Notes under the pieces: model-generated
What the model saw: only the letters and a program-made list of their open reading frames with translations
Told to the model about the DNA's origin: nothing
Databases searched by the model: none
Shown here: piece by piece, positions 9,778 to 19,871 of the stretch
Position numbering within the stretch: the first letter of the stretch is position 1
Layout of the letters: the number at the start of each line of letters is the position of its first letter
Program-made: the position numbers and the translations under genes
Assembly: GCA_963762565.1 (NCBI GenBank)
Contig: CAVXLD010000008.1
Location: 1-64,000 of the forward strand
Reading direction: 5' to 3'
DNA: 64,000 nucleotides
Source: an uncultured Verrucomicrobiae bacterium
GTDB lineage: Bacteria > Verrucomicrobiota > Verrucomicrobiia > Chthoniobacterales > JAFAMB01

Positions 9778-10911
9778 TTAGGTTACCTTGAGACTGGACC
9801 TAAGGGCATTTTGAGCACGAAGATTCTCCGACGGTAAACCAATCGTGATCCGAGCCCAGTTGATATACGGAGGATGCGGGCGCCCGATATCGACGCCTCG
9901 CTCACGCATGGCAGCTGCCAGTATCGGTTGCGGCCGTCCCGCATCAAAAAACACGAAGTTCGCCCGACTATCTGTATGGGGCAGATTTAGTTCGCGTAGC
10001 ACAGAGAGCCAAAGCGTCCGTTCCTTGGCGACGGCTTCGCGGGTAGACACTACCTGGGCTGTGTCGGCAAGTGCGGCGGACGCCGCCACCAGATTGAGAC
10101 GGCCCAGCCCTTCCGCATCACCCGCGCCTTCCTTACGCAGCGAATCGGCGAGCGAGCGCGGAGCCAGCACGTAACCGATCGGCATGCCGGCAAGGCCATA
10201 TATTTTGTCAAAGGTACGGAAGACAACCACGTCAACTCCTTCCCGAACCAGCGAAGCCGCTGATCGAGTGTCGAAATCAGAAGTGTATTCAAGGTAAGCT
10301 TCATCAACCACTACCACTGCGCTTCTGGAGGTTTCGCGAAGAAAGCTCTTAAACGTCTCATCATCGTTAATCGTCCCCGTAGGGTTATGCGGATTTACGA
10401 GATAGATGGCGCGCGTCTTAGCATTTACCTTTGATTTGAGCGCTGCCAGGTCGTTCTGGTACTGCGCATTTAAAGGAACGGGAACGCCGATGCCGCCCAC
10501 GCGCGCAGCAGCATCGATAAGAGCCAAATACCCAGGAGTCGAGTAGAGGAACTCGCCGCCCGGACCGCCTGAGCTGCCGAGAAATAATCCCAGCAGGTCA
10601 AGGATTTCCCCAAGCACGACCTGCTCCACGGCAATGTGTTCGTATTCAGCAATCTGCTCGGCGAACTGACGGGCCAAAGGTGCGTCCGCATAGCGGCTTA
10701 ATCGGCCGAGCTCCAGTTGCGCAGCCTGCGCGACCTTTGGCGAGGGACCGTACGGATTCTCGTTTAGAGAGAGTCGTACCAGCGCCTCCTCCTTCGATGA
10801 TGGCGTGGGTTTAGAGACTTCCGCGAAGACAAGTTGTGGCGCGAGTACGCCGGCACCGAGAATTAAGCCAGAACTCTTTAACAAATCTCGTCGGGTAAAG
10901 TCATTCGACAT
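9778..10911 (-). CDS. Tat-exported PLP-dependent aminotransferase, HisC-like class I/II
   Basis: Twin-arginine signal TRRDLLKSSGLILGAG...VFA; LSLNENPYGPS, NPHNPTG, DEAY, RTFDKIYGLAG. Confidence 0.88.
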   Translation of the reverse strand: MSNDFTRRDLLKSSGLILGAGVLAPQLVFAEVSKPTPSSKEEALVRLSLNENPYGPSPKVAQAAQLELGRLSRYADAPLARQFAEQIAEYEHIAVEQVVLGEILDLLGLFLGSSGGPGGEFLYSTPGYLALIDAAARVGGIGVPVPLNAQYQNDLAALKSKVNAKTRAIYLVNPHNPTGTINDDETFKSFLRETSRSAVVVVDEAYLEYTSDFDTRSAASLVREGVDVVVFRTFDKIYGLAGMPIGYVLAPRSLADSLRKEGAGDAEGLGRLNLVAASAALADTAQVVSTREAVAKERTLWLSVLRELNLPHTDSRANFVFFDAGRPQPILAAAMRERGVDIGRPHPPYINWARITIGLPSENLRAQNALRSSLKVT

Positions 10912-10972
10912 AGACGTGAATCTTACATCAAGATTTTGCGGACTTTGCCTGGTTTGTCCCAATCGCCGCAGT

Positions 10973-12548
10973 TTAAAGATTTCCGCGTAGAATGTCCGTT
11001 GCCTTCTCCGCAATTGCGATGACGGCGGCGTTGGTGTTGCCGCGAACGACGGAGGGCATCACTGATGCATCGACTACCCGCAGACCTTCGACGCCGAAAA
11101 CCCGAAGATCAGGGTCGACAACGCGGCCAATGGCACAAGTGCACGTCGGATGATAGTTAGTGCCAACCTGCTTCTCAATAAATGCGACGATGTCGGCCTC
11201 GGAGTCGGATGCCGGAACGGAGAAGGGCGCACGCTTCACCTTCGATAGGACGGGTTGAGCGAAGATATCCATGGCCAACCGTACGCTAGCGATTATCGTC
11301 GCGCGATCTTCCGCGGTTGCCAGATAGTTGTGGTAAATGCGCGGCTTCGCATCCGGCCGGGCCGATCGCAGCGCCACTTTGCCACGGCTGGTCGGCTTTA
11401 GCAGGGTCGTCGTCATACAGAAGGCGTGATCGAAGGGCGCCGACAATCCTTCATCGAAGTACATCGCGGGCGCCATTTCGAATTGGCAGTCGGGCACTTT
11501 CTCATCGCCACGCGTGGAGAGGAACACTCCACCCTCAGCAATGTTTGAGGTCAAAGGGCCATGGCCTTTCTGGTAGAGCGCCACATCTTCAGGTGATACG
11601 GCGCCGAAGAGGGATCTCTCGTCCGTCAGGTAGCTCATCGGCAGCAGCGGATGGTCCTGCAGGTTCGTTCCAACCGGAAGATCGACGACCACAGGAATAC
11701 CAAACGAGTTGAGTTCGTCGGCCGGCCCGATGCCTGATAGCATCAGGATTTGAGGTGAGCCATAGGCGCCTGCCGCGAGGATGATTTCTCTTTCGGAAAA
11801 AAGCGTTTCTTTCTGGCCATGCCGATGGATTGAGACGCCAGTAGCGCGGCTACCATCCAATAGTAGCCCCAGCACGAGAGTGTCGGTGAAAACTTGCAAG
11901 TTCGCCCGCTCTCGCGCGGGGTGGAGATAAGCGGAAGCGGCACTGCAACGAACCCCGTTCCGCTGCGTCAGCTGAAAGCGCCCGACGCCCATCTGTAGGG
12001 CCCCGTTGAAATCATCATTCAGGCGATAGCCCGATTCCCGCAGCCGCCTCGATCAAATGATTCACCAGCGGATGCCTGGAGCGGCCGTCCTGCACACTCA
12101 GTGGACCTGTATGTCCATGGTAAGGTAAGTCGCCCCGCTCGTTGCCCTCTGACCTGATGAAATAGGGCAGCAGCTCACGGTACGACCACCCCGGTGCGCC
12201 CTCGTCCACCCAGCCATCGAAATCAGCTGTGTTTCCGCGGATATAGATCATGGCGTTCATCGCAGAACTGCCGCCGAGTGTTCTGCCGCGAGGCAAATAG
12301 ATCCTCCGATCCCGGAGACCTGGCTCCGGCTCGGTCGCAAAGTCCCAATCGTACTTGGTCTTGAACAGTTGGGGAAAAGCGACGGGCAAACTAATCTCGG
12401 GCGCGTCGTCCGGCCCTCCCGCTTCCACCAGGGCCACGCGGACATTCGGATCCTCGCTCAGGCGCGCCGCGAGCACACATCCGGCTGAACCGGCTCCGAC
12501 TACGATATAATCAAATTCTTGTTGCGCGTTTCCGATTCCAGCGGCCAT
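10973..12548 (-). CDS. GMC oxidoreductase (choline dehydrogenase-like) with one frameshift near 12035-12040
   Basis: [52 protein letters not shown]; removing one G restores ...[10 protein letters not shown]... Confidence 0.88.
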
Positions 12549-12699
12549 CAGATTCTCCTCTGTCGAGGGAGCACGTTGTTCTCTAAATGTATTAGAGACT
12601 GCAGTCTCGGACGCAGGCCCATTGTTGTCTTATCTGCCGTAATCCTTGTTCGAATGAACGACTCTCGAGGTGGCAATTTTCTGGATCTATCTGAGCTCC

Positions 12700-12980
12700 G
12701 CGCCACCATGCTGGCCGTGGACGCCGAGTTAACCAGTGGCGGCTAGGCGGTCCGCTCATGATCGAGTCGCTCGCCAACATTTTAGCGGTTCGCCTGCTAC
12801 GCTATATATTTGGACTGCGCCGGCTTGTCACCCGGGCGGACGGAGTGCTTACGCGCCGGAAGCTCACCACGATCGTCGACTACCTCATGGCGAACCTACA
12901 CCGCAGTCCGACGCTGGAACAAATGGCCGCGTTGGTGAGTCTTAGTCCCTATCACTTCGCGCGGCAATTCAAAGCGTCAC
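12700..12980 (+). pseudogene. Truncated AraC-family regulator remnant
   Basis: AVDAELTSGG*...ESLANILAVRLLR...DYLMANLHRSPTLEQMAALVSLSPYHFARQFKAS; N-terminus and second HTH absent. Confidence 0.7.
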
Positions 12981-13354
12981 CCCAGGGCGATTTCGCGCCT
13001 CCGCAAAAATCGCCAAACCTAAAAGCGAGCCGGTTCCGCCGAGACCATCGGGTAGGAGCTTACTTAGCTTACTCCTCAAGTAGAGGTAACAGGAACTGTG
13101 AGTTCAGCGACTCGATTGATCGAGAAGTTTGTCCCGCAGTTCATCAGCCCGTTGAGATATTGCGCGCACGCCAGCACGGCGAACGCGTCGGCCGTGTCGC
13201 GTTACCCCGGTGTCACCAGTACGGAGGAGCCGGAAGTGGCGACTAGCCAGGCGCTCACCTTTGCATCGCTGAGATGCGAGAAGCTCGGACAACGATTACG
13301 GCAACTGGGACAAAAAAGGAAAGGAGTCTCAACTAGCCATGTCTACTCATATAG

Positions 13355-13882
13355 ATGCGAAAGGAGTCGCGTTTCGAAGAGGTCTCCCTGCGCTACTTAG
13401 ATGCGGCTTACAACCTTGCCCGGTGGCTGGTAATTCGAGAACAAGATGCAACCGACATTGTCCAGGAAGCCTATGCCCGCGCTCTTCGAGGCTTCTCCGA
13501 GTTCGACGGAGACAACCCGCGAGTTTGGCTGTTAACCATTGTGCGTAACACCGCCCATAGCTGGCTTACTAAACACAAAAGGCAAGAGGAGGTAGTTCGA
13601 GTTGACGAAGAGCCCAATGCTGCATCCGTGAAAATCGTGCTCTCGGGATTATCCCAGGAAACCCAACGACGGCTACTGGAGGAGGCCTTGACCCTGCTCC
13701 CCGCAGAGTTTCGTGAGGTGTTGGTCCTGTTTGAAATCGAGAGATGGTCTTACCAAGGAATAGCGGCGGCTTTGGATGAACCCGTGGAAGTCGTGATTGC
13801 ACGTTTACGTAGCGCCCGTCGCCGTTTGCAAAATGAGCTCGCTTCACGGCATCAAGTTAGCGAATCAGGCCTGAAAGCTTAG
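13355..13882 (+). CDS. ECF RNA polymerase sigma-70 factor
   Basis: YLDAAYNLARWL, DIVQEAYARA, WLLTIVRN, LPAEFREVLVL...SYQGIA. Confidence 0.85.
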   Translation: MRKESRFEEVSLRYLDAAYNLARWLVIREQDATDIVQEAYARALRGFSEFDGDNPRVWLLTIVRNTAHSWLTKHKRQEEVVRVDEEPNAASVKIVLSGLSQETQRRLLEEALTLLPAEFREVLVLFEIERWSYQGIAAALDEPVEVVIARLRSARRRLQNELASRHQVSESGLKA

Positions 13883-13955
13883 CCTGCAGGTTTACGGATC
13901 TCGATTGACCTATCGTCTGGCGCACCAGATGCACGACAAGCTCTGCAAACAAATA

Positions 13956-13986
13956 GCTACGCAGCCGTAGAGTTCGGCTGCGTAGC
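13956..13986. terminator. Hairpin between convergent genes
   Basis: gctacgcagccg-tagagtt-cggctgcgtagc perfect 12-bp stem. Confidence 0.6.
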
Positions 13987-14007
13987 CCCCCTTCTGCCCA
14001 GATCTAA

Positions 14008-15255
14008 TTACCGACCGGTTTGAATGGTATCAGTCACTCCCAAGGACTCTTCCACCAAATCGGCGGCGACAGAGAGTCCGTTGGCCTCAGCTATCGCTTT
14101 TTGCAGTCTCTTGGCATTCTTCCGATACCCGGGGTTCGTTAGCACCTCTGTTAGCAGGCTAGAGAGGTGGTCAGGGGTTAACTTGTCTAAAGAAGTTACT
14201 ACGCCGGTCTGCTTGTCCGCGATTCTCGCAGCCACACCCGGCTGATCAAAGGTTACCGGGATAGCGACCTGCGGGACCCCCTGAGCCAGAGATTCCAACA
14301 CTGTGTTCAAACCTGCGTGGGTGATACAGACCGAGGCCTGCTTGAGTAAATCCAATTGTGGCGCCCGTTGTACGATAATGGTATTGCTCGGAACCCGTCC
14401 GATCTGCTTCGGATCAATCTGATTACCGATCGAAAGTACAAGTTGCACATCTTTATGCTTGGCCAGGGCGGCAACAATGGTACGGAAGACATCTACCCGG
14501 CCATTCAAGATTGTTCCCATCGAAGCATAGATCAGCGGCTCGCCGGTCAATCGGTCCCAGGGGAAGTCTAGGGGCTCACGGCCACTTCCATCATGAAACG
14601 GACCCGTGAGATGGAACTGCGACCGATGAGAACCTTCATAGTCGAAGGCTTCGGGAACCTGGCTAATTGACGCAAACGGCGAAAGCGTGGAAGCGGGATC
14701 TTCCCAGTCGATTTCTAGTCCAGCGTTCTCCGCATATGCTTTGATGCCGGCGTTGGCGCTATTCAGGATACTAACAAACTTCGCGACATCCTCTCGATTT
14801 CTGGCGAAAGCTTCAGGTGTAGTGTGATGAGGCCGGCCATATGCACATAAGGGAGTATGACCGGAGTAGTCAAAGTGTACGGCGCCGGCCACATGTAGAT
14901 ACGGCATACCTAACTGCATGGCACCCAGTTCCACATAGAACGAAACGGTATCGATGAGCAGGGCGTCGACGCCGTTTGCAGTGACGACGTCCGGCAGTGA
15001 TTTCAGTATCGACTCCGACTGGCCCATCATGACTTGGGCGGCAAATTGCAAAGCCTCATCTCCCTGCATTTTGCTGATTTCCGGAATGCTTTCGTGAACT
15101 TGATCTTTTTCATCGACCGGCACACACGGTAGGCCGGCAGCCTCTGACGAGTAGAGGAAGACAACCTCATGGCCACGGGCTTGAAGGTGACGCGCCAACG
15201 TCGTCAGTGGATTGAGGTGACCCGGTACGTTAGGACAAATAAAACCTAGTTTCAT
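14008..15255 (-). CDS. MGT/UDP-glycosyltransferase (GT1; CrtX/macrolide GT-like)
   Basis: PGHLNPL, YASMGT, APQLDLL...CITHAGLNTVLESLAQGVPQVAIPVTFDQP. Confidence 0.9.
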   Translation of the reverse strand: MKLGFICPNVPGHLNPLTTLARHLQARGHEVVFLYSSEAAGLPCVPVDEKDQVHESIPEISKMQGDEALQFAAQVMMGQSESILKSLPDVVTANGVDALLIDTVSFYVELGAMQLGMPYLHVAGAVHFDYSGHTPLCAYGRPHHTTPEAFARNREDVAKFVSILNSANAGIKAYAENAGLEIDWEDPASTLSPFASISQVPEAFDYEGSHRSQFHLTGPFHDGSGREPLDFPWDRLTGEPLIYASMGTILNGRVDVFRTIVAALAKHKDVQLVLSIGNQIDPKQIGRVPSNTIIVQRAPQLDLLKQASVCITHAGLNTVLESLAQGVPQVAIPVTFDQPGVAARIADKQTGVVTSLDKLTPDHLSSLLTEVLTNPGYRKNAKRLQKAIAEANGLSVAADLVEESLGVTDTIQTGR

Positions 15256-15465
15256 TGATAGTTACTCCCGTTGTAATTCTGGCAGCATTGACCGAATGAT
15301 CCGGCTGCACGTTTTTAGTTAGGAGCTACTAAAACTCACTAGTGCGAACACCGGCCGTTTTTCCTCCGGTTGCCGGAGTTTCTGTCTCAATGGAGGCGCG
15401 GGGGATCTGCGGATACGTTCACCAAGCTGAAACGAACAGAACAGTTCACGGCAATGCCGCCGTAG

Positions 15466-16758
15466 TTATTGGGAACGGCGACTTGTCGAAAAAAGAAAAA
15501 TCCCGACTCCAAAACCTAGCAGGCAGACCGCCCCAACATAGTGGGCCGGCGCCATAGGATCGAATTGAAGGAGCCATGATATGAACAGCGGCGTAAGTCC
15601 GCCGAAAATCGCGTATCCTACGTTGTACGACAGGGAAACGCCGGTGAATCTGATCTGGGCTGGAAAGGCCTCGATCATGACGTAAGGTACTACGGCTACG
15701 ATCCCTACAGTAAGGCCGGCAACCGCATAATGAGGCATCAGGAATGCCGGACTTACTTGAATTGTGGCGTAGAGCTGATAAGCGGCGATGCCAAGCAGGG
15801 GACAGCCCATAAGCAATACCCGGGCGGGCCCAATGCGGTCAGTGAGCCAGCCGGCTAACACACAGCCAATGGCCAAGGCGAGAGTAGCGAGAGAGTTAGC
15901 TTGAAGTGACTCAACTCTCGAGACATGGTAAATTTTTTCCAGTAGAGCGGGAGTCATCAAAATCATCACCACAATGGCCGCGGAGAGCATCCAAGTCAGT
16001 AATCCGGAAAGCAGAATCCCGGCCTTATAATCTCGTACCACGGCCTTCAGTGGCAGCTCGTTGGCCAGCGCTCGGCGAGCTTTTAACTCTTCGAAAACGG
16101 GTGTCTCGGCCAGCAAACTACGAAGATAGACGGACAATAGACCAAAAGCACCGCCGAGCACAAACGCGACCCGCCATCCATAGGCCGCGAGCTGCGTTGG
16201 CGGTAGCAGCACGTTCAGACCGGTAGCAACCAAGGATCCGAGCAGGATTCCACCGGTCAGTCCGGCGGTTAAAAGGCCGCAGGCAAAGCCAACCCGAGAC
16301 AAACGCACGTGTTCGCTAACGAAAACCCAGGCGCCGGGTACTTCGCCGCCGATGGCCGCCCCTTGTCCGATGCGCAAGAGCAGTAAGCAGATCGGCGCCA
16401 ATGGACCTAACATGCCGTAAGTGGGGAGTAAGCCGATTCCCAGAGTGGATAACGCCATTAGGAAAATGCCCAAAGTGAACATCTGCTTGCGGCCACGAAG
16501 ATCGCCCGCGTGTGCCATGAGGACGCCACCCAGTGGTCTCACCAAATATCCCACCGCGAAGATACCGAACGTCTGAAACTGTCGTAGCCACTCTGGAATC
16601 CCAGGTGGAAAAAATAGATCTCCTATGGTGTTGGCAAAGAAAACGAAGATGACGAAATCATAAAATTCGAGGACGCCTCCGAGAGTGGCTAGCCAAAGCG
16701 TCCTATGATCCTGCGTAGTTAAACGAGAAGAAGAGCTGATAAATCGTGGATCGGTCAT
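15466..16758 (-). CDS. MFS metabolite:H+ symporter (MHS/ProP-like)
   Basis: GGVLEFYDF, RPLGG..GDLRGRK, LRIGQGAAIGGEVPGA, ETPVF, FPAQIRFTG. Confidence 0.9.
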   Translation of the reverse strand: MTDPRFISSSSRLTTQDHRTLWLATLGGVLEFYDFVIFVFFANTIGDLFFPPGIPEWLRQFQTFGIFAVGYLVRPLGGVLMAHAGDLRGRKQMFTLGIFLMALSTLGIGLLPTYGMLGPLAPICLLLLRIGQGAAIGGEVPGAWVFVSEHVRLSRVGFACGLLTAGLTGGILLGSLVATGLNVLLPPTQLAAYGWRVAFVLGGAFGLLSVYLRSLLAETPVFEELKARRALANELPLKAVVRDYKAGILLSGLLTWMLSAAIVVMILMTPALLEKIYHVSRVESLQANSLATLALAIGCVLAGWLTDRIGPARVLLMGCPLLGIAAYQLYATIQVSPAFLMPHYAVAGLTVGIVAVVPYVMIEAFPAQIRFTGVSLSYNVGYAIFGGLTPLFISWLLQFDPMAPAHYVGAVCLLGFGVGIFLFSTSRRSQ

Positions 16759-16939
16759 GAAACTCTGTTTCAAACTAACAAAAATGAAAAAGAGATAGGC
16801 CCAGACCAGAACCTGATCCGAACCTCGGACTAATTCCTACCCCACTCGATGGACGAGTCAAGCAAGAGCGCACGGTTCCTAAGGCCACCACACCGAAACA
16901 TCCGCCCTTAAGAACCGTGAACCACCCAACCACCAACCC

Positions 16940-18055
16940 TTATTGATCGTTCCCTTGGGTCAGATCGGTGGCGACAGGTGCGAAGAAGCCAAATAAGCCG
17001 CCTGCTCCTTCACTAGTGCCTACGTTGAAGAAAAGCTGGTTCGGAGCTCCGGAGTTGGTGTTGCCGGCGCCAAATGCAATCGCCCAGAGACCGGGATGGC
17101 TGATGACATTCGAATTCTGATCTTGCAGCTTGCCTTGGAACTGACCGGTAACCGCATCAAATGCGAGAATCTCGCCACTCCCGAATTGGCCGACTATGAT
17201 GCTATGTCTGAACGTGCCAAAGTCGGTGGATGCTTGAACCAGGCCCCAAGGCGCGTTGAACCAGGCTCCGCGTTCCAAGCGCAGCAATACCTGGCCTTCC
17301 GGCGAAAAGACATCGACTGCTCCCAGGTCTGCGCCAACAGTGACGAAATTCTTAGCCGTGTTCTGATGAGCAAAAGCGACATACAGATTTCCTCCTATAT
17401 TCTGGACATTAAAAGGCACAAATTTATCCGGCAAACGATTATCCCGGAAGGCATCGCCCGGAGTCTTAACGGGGCTAAAGTTGGTATCAAAGACCCGGAT
17501 CTTGCCTTCATGAATGTCAGTCACATAGAGGAGGTTCTGCCCCTTTGACTGAGCAATGGCGGCCCCAGTCAGCACCGAACCCGGTGTGGCCTGGACCTTT
17601 TGGATAGCGACGGTTGCATTGGCTCCCGGATTCCAGGCGGAAATCGTGCCATCGAACGCCGCGAAAATGAAGACTGCCGGCTTCCCCGATTCAACGGCGA
17701 AATCAGAGCTGCCGTTAAACACGATGCCGGTAGGAGTTCCCGTTGGGCCTTGACCCGATTGCGGAATGGTCACGACCAAGCTCTGCGCCACACCACTGCC
17801 GTTATAAAGGGTCGCCACACCCTTTGCTTCATCAGAGACCCACCACGGTCCGGTACTACTACGGGAGATGCCCCAAGGATTAACAAGGTTAGGATCGACG
17901 GTGACTACCCCTGGTTGGCTGGTGTTCGTAACCAAGTCCGTCTCTTGGTACTGTTGAGCAGTTGAGATGCCGGGTACTAGAGCAGCTGAGGTCAGACTCA
18001 GCGCGAGTAATCGTGGCCAGAAGGGACGGCCGATCAAGAAGGTCAATTTTTTCAT
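16940..18055 (-). CDS. TIGR03118-family exported beta-propeller protein
   Basis: Signal peptide; DPNLVNPWGI, WWVSD, GTPTGIVFN, DGTISAWN, PFNVQNIGG, NAPWG, VGQFGSG, GLWAIAFG. Confidence 0.85.
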   Translation of the reverse strand: MKKLTFLIGRPFWPRLLALSLTSAALVPGISTAQQYQETDLVTNTSQPGVVTVDPNLVNPWGISRSSTGPWWVSDEAKGVATLYNGSGVAQSLVVTIPQSGQGPTGTPTGIVFNGSSDFAVESGKPAVFIFAAFDGTISAWNPGANATVAIQKVQATPGSVLTGAAIAQSKGQNLLYVTDIHEGKIRVFDTNFSPVKTPGDAFRDNRLPDKFVPFNVQNIGGNLYVAFAHQNTAKNFVTVGADLGAVDVFSPEGQVLLRLERGAWFNAPWGLVQASTDFGTFRHSIIVGQFGSGEILAFDAVTGQFQGKLQDQNSNVISHPGLWAIAFGAGNTNSGAPNQLFFNVGTSEGAGGLFGFFAPVATDLTQGNDQ

Positions 18056-18218
18056 GACGATGTAACTGAACAATAGATTTAGAGGTTAACTTCCACTAAG
18101 CGAGGCCGGTGTAACTAACCGGCGCTCGAGAGGCCTAGTAAACACCACGTCAGGACACGTCCCATCTCTTCCGATTCGGCTGCCGTATTTCTTGTCCGAA
18201 TCAACAAGTGGTAAGGTT

Positions 18219-18471
18219 TTCTGTCCCGGAGGGACGAGATGATAGTAGCCAGGCACGAAGTGCCTGGAATGCCGCCCAAGGATCCGTCCCGTAGGGCACG
18301 GTATGAATGATTAGCCCTCGACGTGCCATTCCGCCAAGGGTTTGCGCGGCCCAAGGCGGGTCAACATCAGGGCTAGTTCCTCACACCGTACCCTCCGGGA
18401 CGGGTCGCTTTTGGGGCGTTTCCCAGGCATTTCATGCCAGGCTACCATCATTTTGTCCCTCCGGGACAGAA
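18219..18471. repeat. Large imperfect inverted-repeat element (GTCCCGGAGGGAC family)
   Basis: ttctgtcccggagggac...tagccaggcacgaagtgcctgg mirrored by ccaggcatttcatgccaggcta...gtccctccgggacagaa; half copy at ~22915-23003. Confidence 0.8.
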
Positions 18472-18571
18472 TGCTTGCCCGCTCCATCGAATTCTCACCA
18501 GTCCGTTTGGCTATTACCCTCGATTTCGGCCAAGCATTCCGGCAGGTGAAACATGAAAAGGCCCGCCGGCA

Positions 18572-18922
18572 ATGATCGCTGGTTTCTTATGGTCCATGGC
18601 GTTCATCCGGGGTCTACTACAATGCTTACTATCGTTCCTTGATATCTTTACACTGGAGGACGCTTACGCCCTGTTGTCAGGGGCTGGAGTGACTGTCTTC
18701 TACTTCGATAGCGGCATGCCGGGAACAGGAGATGAGGAGGACGAATTTGGGGCGGACGAGCCGCTGACTCTGCTGACGGCGTTGTGTTTGGAAACAACCT
18801 GCCCAGTTGTAGCCTGGAAATGTCAGGAAATTAGCCCAGGCTTTCTTTGGAAAAAAGAATCCGATCTCAGTGTGCGAGATTGGATCTACCTGACGCGAAC
18901 TCGCTTAGGCTCGTTCGAATAG
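18572..18922 (+). CDS. Hypothetical protein
   Basis: 116-aa ORF filling the gap between repeats; no recognisable motif. Confidence 0.4.
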   Translation: MIAGFLWSMAFIRGLLQCLLSFLDIFTLEDAYALLSGAGVTVFYFDSGMPGTGDEEDEFGADEPLTLLTALCLETTCPVVAWKCQEISPGFLWKKESDLSVRDWIYLTRTRLGSFE

Positions 18923-19004
18923 CAAATAGAAAATAGCAGATAGCAAATTCGGAGCAGCACCTCGGTGGCAATTTGCTATTCGCTATCTGCTATTTGCTAT
19001 TCGA
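18914..19004. repeat. Heptamer-based inverted repeat (ATAGCAA)n hairpin between convergent genes
   Basis: ttcgaatagcaaatagaaaatagcagatagcaaatt ... aatttgctattcgctatctgctatttgctattcgaa. Confidence 0.75.
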
Positions 19005-19026
19005 ACGAGCCTAAGCGAGTTCGCGG

Positions 19027-19860
19027 CTAACGCTGGACCTTTAATACTGCTGCTAGCCGAGCAGCCCCAGTGCGCGAAGCGGTAATCTCGGTATTAGCCC
19101 GGTCGCGTAGACGGACACGATAAAGACGGTCCCCATAGTGAATGACCTGTTCAATTGCCTGCAGATTGACGATGGCATGCCGAGCAATCTGAATGAAAAA
19201 TTCGCTTCCTAACCAAGTCATTATGTCAGCGACCGGATAATAGGTGGCAAATTCCTCTCTGACTGTGTGCACCCAGGTCCGCCGGTCGCGTCGCAGAACG
19301 GCCGCGATCTCTCTTCGGGCCAGCAAACGGATCCGATCTCGATCGCTATCTTTTACCGGCAGTAACTCGTTGGTTGGCCCAGCGAATTGGATTTTTTCGT
19401 CAGTCTTTGGATCGTCTGCCTGATTAACAGATCGGGATAAGGGGGCCTCCCTGGCTTCGCTTCGGCGCGCCAAATCAGCCTCAAACGGGCGCAGGTGCGC
19501 CAATAAGCGGTTGACTGACTCGTTTACTTGGGCTGGATCCAGCGGTTTTAATAAATAATCAACTGCCTCTAACCTGAAAGCGTCGGTCGCCCGATTAGCA
19601 GTTCCAGTCGTAAACACCAGACGGGGTGGTTGGGGGAGCATGGCGAGCTGGGTGGCCATAGAAACCCCATCTTTACCCGGTAGGTTGATATCCACGAAAG
19701 CCGCATCTGGCCTCAAATCAGCGCAGAGGTGCAGACCTTGCTCACTATCAGCGGCGGTACCAACCACCTCGACTTGACAGGTTTCGTCTAACAAAGTCGC
19801 TAGATACTGAGCGGCTAACGGTTCGTCTTCAATGATAACAGCTCGGATCCGAATCCACAT
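19027..19860 (-). CDS. LytTR-family response regulator
   Basis: IIEDEPLA, FVDINLPG, AVDYLLKP; LytTR-like FIQIARHAIVNL...ITASR. Confidence 0.92.
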   Translation of the reverse strand: MWIRIRAVIIEDEPLAAQYLATLLDETCQVEVVGTAADSEQGLHLCADLRPDAAFVDINLPGKDGVSMATQLAMLPQPPRLVFTTGTANRATDAFRLEAVDYLLKPLDPAQVNESVNRLLAHLRPFEADLARRSEAREAPLSRSVNQADDPKTDEKIQFAGPTNELLPVKDSDRDRIRLLARREIAAVLRRDRRTWVHTVREEFATYYPVADIMTWLGSEFFIQIARHAIVNLQAIEQVIHYGDRLYRVRLRDRANTEITASRTGAARLAAVLKVQR

Positions 19861-19871
19861 TACAGCAACTC

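Noticed and set aside
12015..12045. Programmed frameshifts in GMC (also TIR at ~51303 and amidohydrolase at ~60160)
   Set aside because: No slippery heptamer or stimulatory structure seen; single indels are widespread in this assembly
13080..13300. Minus-strand gene-like fragment (VLVTPG*RDTADAFAVLACAQYLNGLMNCG)
   Set aside because: It has an internal stop and no start, and I cannot assign a family; possibly a remnant but unsupported
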